Positions 1-12,900 of a stretch of DNA of 64,000 bases are shown here, piece by piece. The notes beneath the pieces were generated by a model, which did not search any database, was not told the origin of the DNA, and saw nothing but the letters and a program-made list of their open reading frames with translations. Positions within the stretch are counted from its first letter, which is position 1. The number at the start of each line of letters is the position of its first letter. The stretch comes from Leptogorgia sarmentosa (lineage: Eukaryota): assembly GCA_964658305.1 (NCBI GenBank), contig OZ210884.1, positions 2,976,001 through 3,040,000 on the forward strand, in the 5' to 3' direction. A program made the position numbers and the translations under genes.

Positions 1-2180
1 AAGGGCAAAATTAGTAATGTTACACAATAGCGCTTTCTGGTAATTTTGGCCACAGAAAGAATTATTTTTTTTTGTCACGTAAAACAGGGATAAACATTGC
101 CATGTCCTGGTAGATTATTAAATATTTCTTTCAGTTACTATATATGGATTTGCCCCTACTCTCCCATGCCCGAGTTGAACAGCTGCTACGACGCTACTAG
201 GCCATTAGGAAGTCTTAACACAATTTGATTTACATCAACAGAATAATGAAACTAATTGCAATTGTCATTAGATGTATATGAAGAAAAGAAGAAATGGTAT
301 AAGCTGTAGTTATACAATTTATGCGAGAACCGACTTACAATTAGGTACAACATATTATGTAAGACTGGCGTACTGATGGTCAAGTTGCTGCGAAGTTCCA
401 GCCATACCGCTGCTTAACCTCTGTCATACCTGGTATTGACCTTGTCCAAAACAACCTTGTTTCAACCTCACTGCAACTTCATTTCGAACTCGGTGCATCG
501 TGAATTTGTCCGGTGATTTCACCTTGGTTACTTAACGCGGCGGTTTTCCTTAGGTTATTTCTTGGCAATACTGGAGCAGGGGAGTAGTCCACATAGCGCG
601 ATGCCCTCAAAACGCAGTTCAATTCAAGTAACTACAACATTAATTAGTATTAAATGCGAGAGTTCAGATTTTTTAGGGGCTTATATTACATGGAGAATTT
701 TCAGGCCAGCTGTTGACGGATTGAAAAGAAGAGGATAATTTGAATAACATAAGCTGGTTCATTGAATCGACAATACTCGTTAAACGCTACACGACTGGAT
801 ATTGGTTTATAGTATTTTATTGTGACAAATAGTATTGTGCACAATGGTATATAATTCGATCTAAATATTGATATAAATTATGTGAGATTATTAGCTAAAT
901 TATCAACGAAATGCATGCAATTGTGAATTCTGTGCCAATATCCTCGTGTTAAGTCCCATTAAACAGACATTCTACTGGTTAGCATAAACTAAGATGCTCA
1001 GGTTAGCAGTTAAACGTTCCGACAGTGATGTGCTCAGGTGCCTCTACAGTAATACGATACCCTAATGATAAAGTGTCAATCAACGTGAATCAATAATAGC
1101 AAATCAATAATAATTAATATGGTGCAAGTGTTATAGGTAAGTGTTCAACGTAAACAACCCCTTAATGTGTTCGTTGTTGGCACTTTTAGCCTTTTTCATA
1201 TTGCTATTCACCTACACTAAAAGTGCTTTATTTTTGCGCGGAAGTTTGTCTATGTTATTGAGAGGAAATCGACATGCTGATTGTTTTGCTTTTCCGCAAT
1301 TGTATCATATTTAATTAAATTTTCAACCTCACAATACAGAAATTCACCGCATCCCAGCAGTTGCTTTATTTGAATTCATAAATATTTCTAATTTCATCTA
1401 ATTGTTTCGATTCTTTGTTCGGTTTTATCTTTGGTGCGTTTTACAAGCGCAGTCGATGTCAAGCTGTGAGGAATTTCATAGTTTTGGAAAATCAATTATA
1501 GAGTTTGGACTAGCAGTCAAGGTCTGGATAAAAAGATAATTTCGTCATTATTAAAAAGCCTGTATGCTGAAAACTTTATAGAAAGGCATTTTCGTTGAAG
1601 GTAAGTTCAATTAGTTAACAAATATTGGGCAATTACTCAATATATTTGTGCTTCTACTGCTCGTGAATGAACATGCATAATCCGGCGTTCCTCCCAATTT
1701 AGTAACACAGTGATAATATCTCTCAGTATTTGAGCCTGCCTCTATATAGATATTTTTTTAGCTTCACGTTCTCATAATTATATCTATAGTTTAACGTACG
1801 CTATTTCACATGGTTGAGTCGTTGTTTATATGACCGTACATTGAAGCTAAGAAGAACGCCCAACTCAAGCATAAGAATATTAGCTAATTCAGAGAAGGAC
1901 GATTCTTTAGCTACGTATATTCACACCAAAAAATTCTGTATCTGCGATAGAAGCGGGAATGAGGTATACCGCTGCCATGTGTTACAAAACGAAGTAACCT
2001 TGTGCTCTTGCTTCTCTGCCTTAACAATTCCGAATGTTATGTCATAATTCTAACTGCCATATGCTCATTTAAATGTTCGTTTGAAGGAACTAATAGTAGA
2101 GGAAGCGATAAATACGAATAAATTAATTTACCACATGCACGTAATGTTTATATCCCCGGCAAACATGATGTATATATATA

Positions 2181-2354
2181 TAGAACCTCGAACTCGCAAG
2201 GGGAACGAAAAATAGTTCGAGTTAGAGGGGGTTCGAGTTAACCGGAGTAAATTACTATAAAATGTACGTACTATCAAATCCAGGGGTAATTGGATTTAGT
2301 TCGAGTTAGCGAGGAGTTCGAGTTAAGCGAGTTCGAGTTAGCGAGGTTCTACTG
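2181..2354. mobile_element. Tc1/mariner (pogo-like) MITE, left end damaged
   Basis: TAGAACCTCG...CGAGGTTCTACTG|TA with repeated GTTCGAGTTA subterminal motifs. Confidence 0.7.
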
Positions 2355-3079
2355 TACGTTGGTTAGCTGTCGCTCGTAGTTCAATTAGCGTATCGTAATT
2401 CAAATAATAATTAATGAGCTGAGTTATCTCATTATCTGTTGTTTGAATTGCATTCGATGCGACGGAAACTCAACGGCTAAAACGGGCCTTAGTGTTCGGC
2501 CATTGAAACTATGACAAAAGATCGCTTTCAATACCCAGTTGTGTTTTATGTTTATACACCCTGTATGTCATGCAAGTAATATTATTTGAGGTATCGAATT
2601 GATAGCTGTATTTGAATTGGAATATTCCACCTGAATATTTGACCTATACATGTATTAGCACTAATTATCAAAGATTTTTTGGAATGTTGTATGTCTTTGT
2701 CTTTGTGTACGGTTTAAAAGGACTGTGGATACGCAGCATGTGGGGAACTTTAGCCGTTTTGCTCTAATTAATTTCGAGTTTTGAAATTTGGACAACATTG
2801 GGGTATAAAGTACGCGTCATTTTCAGGGAGCCTCTTCGCAGTAAACTTCATACGGGAGCGTTTTCATTGAAGGTATTTTCAAGTTCAGAAACTTTCTATT
2901 CGTAAACACTTCTCTCAGTTTTACATTATTAGAATAATCCTGATTTAGTCTAACGAGACGAAATGCCTACCAAACCTTGTATGTCGGAAGGAGTATAATA
3001 TACATATATCATCGCTATAAAATTTCGTAACACAGTAATATCACTTCTCGTAATTATACAACACTGCACATAAAGATAT

Positions 3080-3270
3080 ATGTGCCGAACTTAATTGTTT
3101 TAATGAAGCACATGATAACTTCGACGTATGAAACGAATTAGGTTCGATCTAAATGTTAAGCTCGACTTAAACGTTAATTTCGACTGCTCTGGTCGGGCTT
3201 GGTCGAGTTTGGTCGAACCTCATAAACATTAAGTTCGGCACATGAAAAGTTCGACGTCTGAAACGGGCCT
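3080..3270. mobile_element. Partial PIF/Harbinger-like MITE
   Basis: Internal inverted repeat ATGTGCCGAACTTAAT/ATTAAGTTCGGCACAT; right end CGTCTGAAACGGGCCT|TAG; a similar end lies at ~2480-2492. Confidence 0.5.
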
Positions 3271-6060
3271 TAGCTTCCCTTTCGAACATTCTTCATTACT
3301 TTTATAGCCGCATGCTTTCTAGTTATTTATATACCGCCGCTCAGCGAAGTTGGACGCTTGCCGAGCCAGTCGAAATTGGCGCATTCACATACAAGGCAGA
3401 GGAGGTTGGACAGCTGTCACGTGAATTTCTCGACCAATCAAATCGCGTCATTTTCACATTGCTTTTGCGAGGATTTTTGACAAAAAAATTTGCATAGCGC
3501 ACAAATATATTCAAATTTTGGGTATTTTTTTTCAAATTTCATGCTGGATTTAGCAGTATTCTATAAGAAGAAGAGTTGAATTTCCAATATCTGAAATATT
3601 GAGTGAGGTAAGCGTTAATTACTGCTTTATTTTTATAGTCAAAGCTTGGAGGGTCATTTGAAGACGACTGCCTAATTTTATTTCTGTTTACAATTTTTAA
3701 AGTGCAAAATCTGGAATTCCTGTGGTTCGATCTTTTTGATTTTTTGTATATATGAAGACAAATATATTAGCTAAAAACGTATGGTTTCAGACCCCAAAAG
3801 TCCCAGCTCCGCGATATAGAAATTTCACTTTGAATCGAAATGACCCGTTTTGACATTTGCCAAAAATGGCGCTTCGCCTTGTTACCAAGAAAGATTATTT
3901 TGTTGAATAACTTGTGAAGTTAGTGGCGAGGTTTAAAGTTATTTATTACACGAGGTGTTCAATTAGTTTCACAGGAATATTTGAACATTTAAAACAATGT
4001 TTTCTTAGGCTTTATGTAGAGGATAATTTTGGGTTGTTACTTTCATGTTGCCTTTGACATGAGTTGTCGCCTCACGCAAGTTTTACCACCCAACCCTTAT
4101 TTCATGTAACAGCTAAATTATTATGGGTTTTAAGATGGTTAATGTCCCCCAAAAGGCCTTATTGAAACCATCTATTCATCCCTGGGTATTGTTTGTGTTA
4201 TTCATATATTGTTACTTATTACAGGTGCATAATGTGTGGCAGCATTAAATGTAATGCTCTTTTCATTCACCTGCTGAACAACAGCTGATCCTGGGGGTGT
4301 TCATGGCAAAGTGATCCCTCAACTGGGCCACCTGAGTTGCTTTAGCAGCTGAGTTGCTTTAGCAGTCCAGTTCAATCCAGCAGAAGATGTACCAGCTCCT
4401 GAGCCAAGCACAAAATGTACAAATATATGTACTGTAGAGATACAGATTGGGGTGATAGTAATTGGCCAAAGCTATTGATATTAATATTGTAATTACCCAA
4501 TCACATGTAATTGTTGTGTGTTGTTTGTCTTATGTGACAACGTTGATAGACTCGAAAAGTTAGATACTTTTAGTACACAACCATGGTTGACACAAATTTT
4601 CCATTCCTATTATATAACTCAAGTGCTCAAGATAATTAAACAGTTTCACAAATTTATTAATTTATTCACACCACATAATGTTAACTTGTTTATACCAACT
4701 GTCTTATGTAATGTTGTTTTTATTAAAAGCACATTTTCAAAATTGTACATGTATATCCTGTCAGTGATTACAGCATGGGTGGAGCAAACAGTACTTAGTT
4801 TAGTAGAAATACAGTATACCCAACACATATGCAATCCATTCAATAACTGTAGGGCTTGGTTTATTGTACTATATTTTTTATATTAAAACATCTCTTCAAG
4901 AACAAGGTATGGCAGTATTAAAGTTTGGAATTAATATTTTCATGAGCAGTGGAACCAATGGAATGTCTTCATCATTGCTGCTTTCAGATTCATAGCAATC
5001 ATCAAATTCCACTATATTTAGTTCCTTCTAACTGGTCATTGCCATCTTGCCCAACTTCAAAATCAGCCAACCATTATATGTCTAAGCAAATTTCTTTCTA
5101 CAAAATCACAACAGAAAATCCTTTTCTCAAAATTAGAATTCCTAAGTTACATGTAACCCAGTTACATGCAATTCAGGAATATTATGTAAGCAATAGAATG
5201 AATAGATGAAATAATGAAATTCACCATCTGATAGTCTGATACAAAGGAAAATTTATACAGCCATACATAACTTAAGTATCACAAGTAAATTCTTTTTACA
5301 TGCAATCGTAAATAATAAAAATAAATAATATATATATATATTAAAATAAATGCATTGTAGTTTAAATATTGATATACCAACCTGGAATACTGTTTAATAT
5401 TTTGATCATACATGGCGACTCGGCAATATATAAAGACGGTTACCAAGAAAGCCAGGCAATTTAAAAACGGTAAACTTGGAATAATAAACAGCAACCATCG
5501 TAAGGATCACAACAATAAAGTTTTACCACGCTATTTTTAAGAAGAATCGAAGTCAAACTCAAAACGCGTCCATTTATTAATTGGACCAGAGATGTTTACA
5601 TCGCGGCAGTCAAAGTATGAATGAGGCCGCACTTGTAATTAGACGCTCATTACCCATGATGCTTTGCGGTCTGCTGTCCAACCTCCTCTGCATACAAGGC
5701 AACGAAACATTTTTGTAATCTTTGGGTTGGACTTATGCCGCACATTCGATATGCCGCTGTCAAGTGTAGTAAATCTTGTTTTGTATGATTGTTTCATTCT
5801 ATCAAAATATGACTGGCAAACCGTGCAGAGTTTCATTCATAATATCATTGTAGTCAATTTCCTGGACACTGATGAGCTAAAAAGCTTCAACAACTGTGCG
5901 AATTAAACATTAATTACACAGGTGTGTAATTAATTTTTCAAATGACACGGTTTCGAACCCGCGATATGCGAGCGGTGAATTTAAAAACAAGTAAAACTAC
6001 AGTAAAATTTTTGTTTCTCGTGTAAATTTACGATGGATTTTGATTTGTTTGATATTAAAA

Positions 6061-6200
6061 GGAAATTACACTTGTTCTCGAAGTATTAATGGAAAATTGC
6101 ACTTGTGTTTGGCGAAATACCACTCGTGCTTCGCACTCGCGCTATTTCGCCAAACACGCGTGCAATTTTTCATTAATACTTCTCGAACCGTGTAATTTCC
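6061..6200. repeat. ~140-bp near-perfect hairpin element
   Basis: GGAAATTACAC...GTGTTTGGCGAAATA mirrored by TATTTCGCCAAACAC...GTGTAATTTCC. Confidence 0.8.
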
Positions 6201-7183
6201 TATACGATTTCGCGATGTGTCAGGGCAGAATCGGGGGTGTAAGATGCATTTGCCGTTTAAAAACTAATTTAGCACTCGAGGCACGTTGGGCCGTTTTTCG
6301 CCGGCCAGGACGAATCTCGGAAGGAGAACACGAACATTTACAACCTCTAGATTGCCGGAAACGGCTATTAAATAGATAATCGGAGTACAAAATTATCTAT
6401 AAGAAAACAGTCCCACTCTAGCTTCCCTGCCCCTGCAAGGTTTTAAACTATATTTGTTATGCCAATTACCGTTAATTTGGAACTTTCAAAATGCCCCGGC
6501 CCCAATACGAAACATTAACTTCTTCTCGTTATCGTTATGTGTTGGTTATGTTTTGAATGTTCGCTTGAATGATTCAGAATAGGAGAGAGCCATAAAAGAT
6601 AGGAAATAATTGATCATGACAAACAAAAAATAATAATGAAATGGCTATTTTGCACAGTGTCGCCGAGAGAGGCCTATAGGCGTTTTTAAGCCAGTGAAAT
6701 TGTCGTTTGCTCTTATTCCCAGTCGTTTAGCAATTTACATGCAGACGGAACTCAAGTCTTCTGTGGAATGTTTTCATGTGACATGTTTTATTTTCAACAA
6801 GTGCAACATCAATACAACATTTTTTAGTACAAGTTTCATGCAGCCACCGTAGCAAAATCAACATGTCGTTTTCTAGTGAGCATAGAACGGAAGAGATGAG
6901 TTTATATTTTGGATATTTATTCTCATTCATCTTGCTCATCAAGCTTGGTTTGCCTCAGCCCACCAGTAACCGGATTCAGTCGTATGCGCAAATCTTTGGT
7001 TTCGGCTACGGTTTCGTACTTAGCTATCTGGGGGTAAAGGTGTACGGTAACCTCAATTGTAAATAAATGCAACTGATTTGGATGCATTGGGCTAGCCATA
7101 AACGCAACTAGTTGAAAACGTGTGAAGTCCATTCTACTCTGGACATGCTCGCACGTGCCTAGGTGATCAAACGTATTAAGCAC

Positions 7184-8452
7184 AATAAACAATTATTGGA
7201 TGAGGCTGAGCATGATATCAAGAATTATTCAGACCGAGGTCAATGTTATCTGCCGAAGCAAAGCTGAGGCGGATAACATTGACCGAGGTCTGAATAATTC
7301 TTGATATCATGCGAAAGCCGAATCGAATAATTGTTTTATTATACATTTAAAGGAGAGTTCACTTTCATTCAGCGAAGCACATCTGCTGCAGGCCATTGTT
7401 TGTTTGTTTGTTTTTTCGCGCGTTTAATTTCAGCTTCAAGCTTTAGACAGCGCTGGGGCTTGGGCACGAGAGAGTCCAATAGTAATTTTTTTGGAGCAAG
7501 TTCGATTCAAAAAAATAATTATTGGACGCTGATGACGTCATCAGCGGTGAATACGTAATAGATACGCATAAAAATACTGAGAATTAGCCGGTGCTTTCTG
7601 ACCAATCAGGAACGAGAACAAATTTTAAATGAATAATAATAAAGGGTTATTGACCGAGCGTGAGGTCTGTACTGTGAAATATCAGACCGAGGTTTTTTAG
7701 TATGGACCGAGCGACAATGCAAAAAACTGAGGTCTGATATTTCACAGGGAAAGACCGAACATGCGAGGTCAATAAACTGTTGATTACATGGCTGAATTGA
7801 GTATTTGAGCATATGCTTTTCCATATCCGTACGAGGCGGGGGGGGGGGGGGGCAAGGGGGGGCAACTGCCCCCCAAAAAATTTCAAATTGCAAAATTCGG
7901 GCACTGATTCTGAGAATAATTCGGGCAAAAATCTGAGGAATAAGGTAATGTCAACAATCCTCCAGTCGTTCACCTGAACGAGCGTACCAAGAAAGTAGAG
8001 TTAGGACTCTGAAATCGCCGTTTCCGGCAATCCAGAGGTTGTAAAAGTTAAAAAATATCTCGCTCGGCGCCAACCATGGTGGCGCCTCGTGACATTCGCT
8101 ACCCTCAAATTCGAGGAAAATTCTTTCTGCCCCCCTAAAAAATGTAGCCCGTACGCTCATGCGCTTTTCGCGCGAATTCACATCGGCTATCATCAGTTTC
8201 ACTGGGTAACAGTATACGGTAGACATACATGCTCAATCTAAAACAATTAGGTTGTTTGAAATTTTCATATTAAATTGGAAAATTAAAAAGCAAAAATCTT
8301 TTCTGTTTGGAAGCGAAATTTCCCGCCAGATAAACGACATCCAGCACATCGGTCCAGATACGGAAAATACGGACCACGGCCCTGATATGTGTTTTTACGG
8401 ACCGGTTGTCGACCAATCAGAATAGAGAATTTTGAAAAGCGATATAATAATA
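7184..8452. repeat. Two adjacent hairpin-headed interspersed elements (~7184-7640 and ~7636-8452), each ending in a GACCAATCAG-containing tail
   Basis: Long imperfect palindromes at 7184-7340 and 7645-7775; shared tail motif at ~7600 and ~8412. Confidence 0.6.
7822..8161. mobile_element. hAT-like MITE nested in a hairpin element
   Basis: CATATCCGTACG...CGTACGCTCATG termini; 8-bp flanks TGCTTTTC / CGCTTTTC. Confidence 0.7.
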
Positions 8453-9833
8453 AGTATTATTAGCTATACATAATTATTAACATACATTATTATCGGCTAT
8501 TTGCACGTATTCATAATTTCTAATATGCCAAATATTTACAAATAATTATTTATTTATATGCGAACATAGCCAAGTTATATGCGAACAAGTGCCAAGTCAT
8601 CCTCCACGTCAGGGAATATATATAGGACCATTATGGTTGTTATGCGCATGCACGAGACAGCAATGATTTTAAAAAATGTATATATAGCGTACTCTCTAAA
8701 TTCAAGCGAAAATTTAATCTATTTATACGTAAGAACAATCTGTTTGCGATTGTTCTCTATTGAACATCAATCCTACGCGGGATTGAAAGAAAAATCTATC
8801 GAAAAAGGAGTGACTTTCCATCAATTTTCAATCAATTGTTAATCGAATTTCGATTCAAAGAAGCTTATCTTGCTCTGCTATTGCAGCACACGCAAAGTTT
8901 GAGCAATATGATTGGCTTAGAATTATAAATCTTTACAAACATTGAAATGATTCGCAGTCGTCTTTATCGACTGACATACCTAGCTTCAATCGAATTCCAC
9001 ACTGAAATAGTATTTGTCAATCTAAATTACACTGAATTATTTTTCAAACAATGGAGAAGACTAATTGACTTTTAAAAAATAATTTGTCCCGACGCCCACT
9101 GCTAATTCCTGACAAAAGGCCTTAAAAAGGCCTCGAAACGTTGAATCATATTGCATCATTTAGGTTGCGAGTAAAACCCTTACAGTTTTTTGCGTCTACG
9201 TTGCTAAGCAACGTAGAGGCAATGTAAGCGTAAAATTTCTGGCTGGCTGTGTTTCAACAGCGAATATGACGTATTTTGACGTAACGAGCTCTCAAGGTAA
9301 AAACTCACACTCAAACGTTGTTATCTCTACCGGTGATGTATCGAACTGTCAGCAAATTAACTGGTGACGTATGTGATTTACTGTGGCGTGTTTCACTGTC
9401 AAGCTGTGCGAGTGTGCGTTGTTCTAACGTTCATTTGAAGGACTCATTTCAAAGCTTCGGTAAAGCGATTTCTAAAACATTTTCACTCATCCAGCCTGGA
9501 TGGGGAGATTTAGAATAACATTTGGAACTTTGTTGCGTCACATTCCCTATATTTTCAGATCGCAATATTAGTGATAGGCACGCGCATGCACGCATTGTGC
9601 GTGCCTATTTTTGTAGTTGTTTGATGTTTTGAAATCGATTACTAGCAATGAGGTTTCAATTACTACCGGGATCGGTTGTCACATATTCCTTGCCATTGGT
9701 CATCCTCATAGCTTAAATGTTATATACACGTACACAACCACAGCGGAAAAGAATTGTCCAACTATTGGGACCAAAAAAACAGTTTTTGTTTGTACCTCTT
9801 ACCGATAGTATCTTTATATCTTTTTTCACACAG

Positions 9834-9900
9834 ATGCATCATTTATGGAAGACCATAGCAGTATTGATCATTGCAAGTGTGCTATTTCTCAAAGCTGAAG
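9834..9900 (+). CDS. First coding exon: signal peptide [22 protein letters not shown]
   Basis: Polypyrimidine tract + CAG directly before ATG; hydrophobic core; donor GAAG|GTAC in phase 1 matches the next exon. Confidence 0.8.
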
Positions 9901-12900
9901 GTACCAAGAGGCATGTTAATAATTTCAATCCTCATTGGTGGGGATTATTTCAAAATCTTGCCAAATTAATATCATAAATTACAGATAAATTTAGGAAAGA
10001 TGCCATTAAAGGAATACCTATAATATATATAATATACAAATAATAAATGTTTCTGAGTGCAATAGTAAGAGGCCTAGTCCATGGTGCACGATCGCCTAAA
10101 ATCGCCTAAGATCGCCTTAGATCGCCTAATAATAATAATTCATTAAACTAATTAATTATGATTAAATTAATAATTATAATTAAACTTTAATAACAAAATA
10201 TAAATAAACGCGATGATATATACCGACCACGAAAAAAAAACAAGCGAGGTGAATAAAGTGAGTTTTCTCCAAAAAAAGGAAGTCCTATCTTCATGAAAAT
10301 GTTTTTCGTTCTTGTTTTGATGAAAATTGAGGTGAAACGAGAACCGTTTTTTAACTCGTCTAAAAGTCATATTGACTTTTCTTTTTAGTGTTCTCATTCA
10401 TTTTGTCTTAATTCTTGCTAAATCAGTAGCAGAAATTTAAGAACACGTTTGTTTTGTGCATTTTGAACACGTATTGTGCATCTGGTATTTTGTAGAACTC
10501 GCGTGTAAAGTCGATGCCATCTATTATGCAACATCATCCCAAGTCAAAGGTGTTTTCTCTGACGGGAACTCAACAGTCACGATTCTATCAGGGAGCGACG
10601 TGAAACTAAATTACGATTACTCCAGCGAAAGGCTCATCTATTATGATGGCGATAATCTCATCAGCGTAAAACTGGATGGTAGTGCTCCGTTAACGATTGC
10701 ACCAGTCGTCTCCTTATTCCGGTTTACAGTGGATCATATTACCAGAAAAGTCTACTATCTCACAGAGTTGTTTAGGGACATTTATAGCATTGATCTGGAT
10801 ATTGGGAATGCAACTAAAATTAATCTAAACCTTGGCAATGTTGATGACCTGGATACTTATCCTAGTAATAGGTACGTCTGTAATTGAGTGGAAATATTAC
10901 GATTTTCACTAAAGGGATGTTAATTTAAGGAGGAAGTGAAACTAAATGGCGAAAAGTATCATTAGCATATTGAGTACAAAAACAACTCCATAAAACATTA
11001 AATGCTAATTTGACATGAATCTTTGAAATGACACATTTTGTAAACACTTTTCTGATGCTCACATGCCAAAGTGTGGCTATGATACATGTATATTGGAGAA
11101 ACAACATTTGCCAGGGGGAAACGATGTGGCTAAAAATGGTTTTATTTCTAGCACAAAAAAGCGTATATCAGAACATACGGTGACAAATGTTTTGCATCAC
11201 AAAAAGATGTGAATAAAACGAACACTAAATCTGACACCATTACCAGAAACTTTAGACATGTTCGCCCTGACTTCTTGAATAAATTCACTGTACAAGTCAA
11301 TAACAGTCTCGTGAAAGTTATTAAAATTTACATAGCGGACACGTTAAAAAAGTTATAAATTCTCGCCATACAATCATATACGATCGTTTGGTGCCCTCTT
11401 ACTTGATTTCATAATGAACAAGTTTTTATTGTCTCAAAAATAAATAGTGAACGCCCTTAACAAGGCTAACGATTAGATTTGTGCAAATCACAATTACTGT
11501 TGCTGTTTAGAGCAGTTTAAATCTAAATTAATTCCAATCTCATCTTTCGGGTTAAAAAATGAGTACCTATAGCTATTTACATAAAATGAGTACCGAGAGC
11601 CCATTGAGCCAAAAATATCAGGTTTTATGAGCAACATCATATTATAGGCATCTCTGATTTTAAATAATCGATTGTAATATTTTCTGCTTTTAGCTCCCTT
11701 GTTTTTGCTGGAGCAAATTCCGGGGATATTGTTCGCTATTTTTTGGATAAAGACACACAAGAAGTGATTTTTAACAACAATTCGTCCCCAATGTGCTTAT
11801 CTGTCGATAGTGAATACAATTCGATTTATTGGATTAACTTCATCCCTGCAAATGGCGGTTTTTTCCTTATGAAAACTTTATTTATTGGTTCTACCTCGCG
11901 GGTCAAATATTATCCAGGTCCTACAAGCTCAGTGAAAATTGCAATTGGTAAAGATGATTTCTACGTAATGGATAGCACTCGAGGTCGTATTGATAGATTT
12001 GACAGAAAAAATTCCACTTTGGAAAATTCGTTTTTTGTAAGCGACGAACCCTCGGAACTAACAGTCGTTCAAGGTAAGACACAATTTAATGACGTGAATC
12101 ATAGATATTTTTTGCACTGCGGTACTGCCATAATTTAATTAAAAATATTCTCTAATTTATGGCGTTTGAAACGTATTATGAAAGAATCTAAAGCCGTGCT
12201 GATAATTTTGGAATTGCAGGATAAACAGGAACGATCGAATGAAAGAAACGAAAACGAAATCATTTAAAGATGTCATAAAATGCCATGACTATATGGGCTT
12301 TTTGGCGTTGTATATCTAGCTATTAATTTATTTTCATAGATTTGGATGAATGCTGTATTGGTGGTTATTGCCATGAAAATGCAACTTGTACAAATACGCC
12401 TGGGAGTTATTTTTGCACATGCAAGACTGGCTTTACCGGCAACAATACTGCTTGTGAAGGTTTGAAATTATTTCAATAATCATACTTACTTTTGTATACA
12501 TGCTCTCACAATAGGAGCTTCGTTTGTATAAAACCGTCTACTTTGCAATGGAAAAGAACAGTATATAAAACAAGTAATGAGGTTTTCATTCGTGCAATGG
12601 TAAAAATATTACCATGACGTGAAAGATGAAATTTTTGTCATCGCGTATTTCGCCCATTTTTCAGAACGGGGATTTCATAATCAAACACTGAGACTGGGGT
12701 TAATTAAAAAACAACACTTGAAAGAATAAATGGCGTTAAAATTTGAGCTGATACGAAGTGATTTCTAATCTGGTGTAACAGAATTTAACCATAGATTGGG
12801 TATGAATGTGGAAAAGGAACACATATCCAGCCTCAGTATCATGTATTGGCAAAAAAATTCTAAACATAATCTTTGGGAAATCTTTCAAGTTTCACCCCTG

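Noticed and set aside
330..3610. Isolated strong splice donors (~1137, ~1601, ~3607 on plus; ~333-338 on minus) suggesting 5' UTR exons or lncRNAs
   Set aside because: No coding exons or consistent exon chain could be tied to them from sequence alone
7606..7973. Proline-rich ORFs (similar ones at 34689-34904 and 50102-50374)
   Set aside because: They arise from G/C homopolymer runs in MITEs
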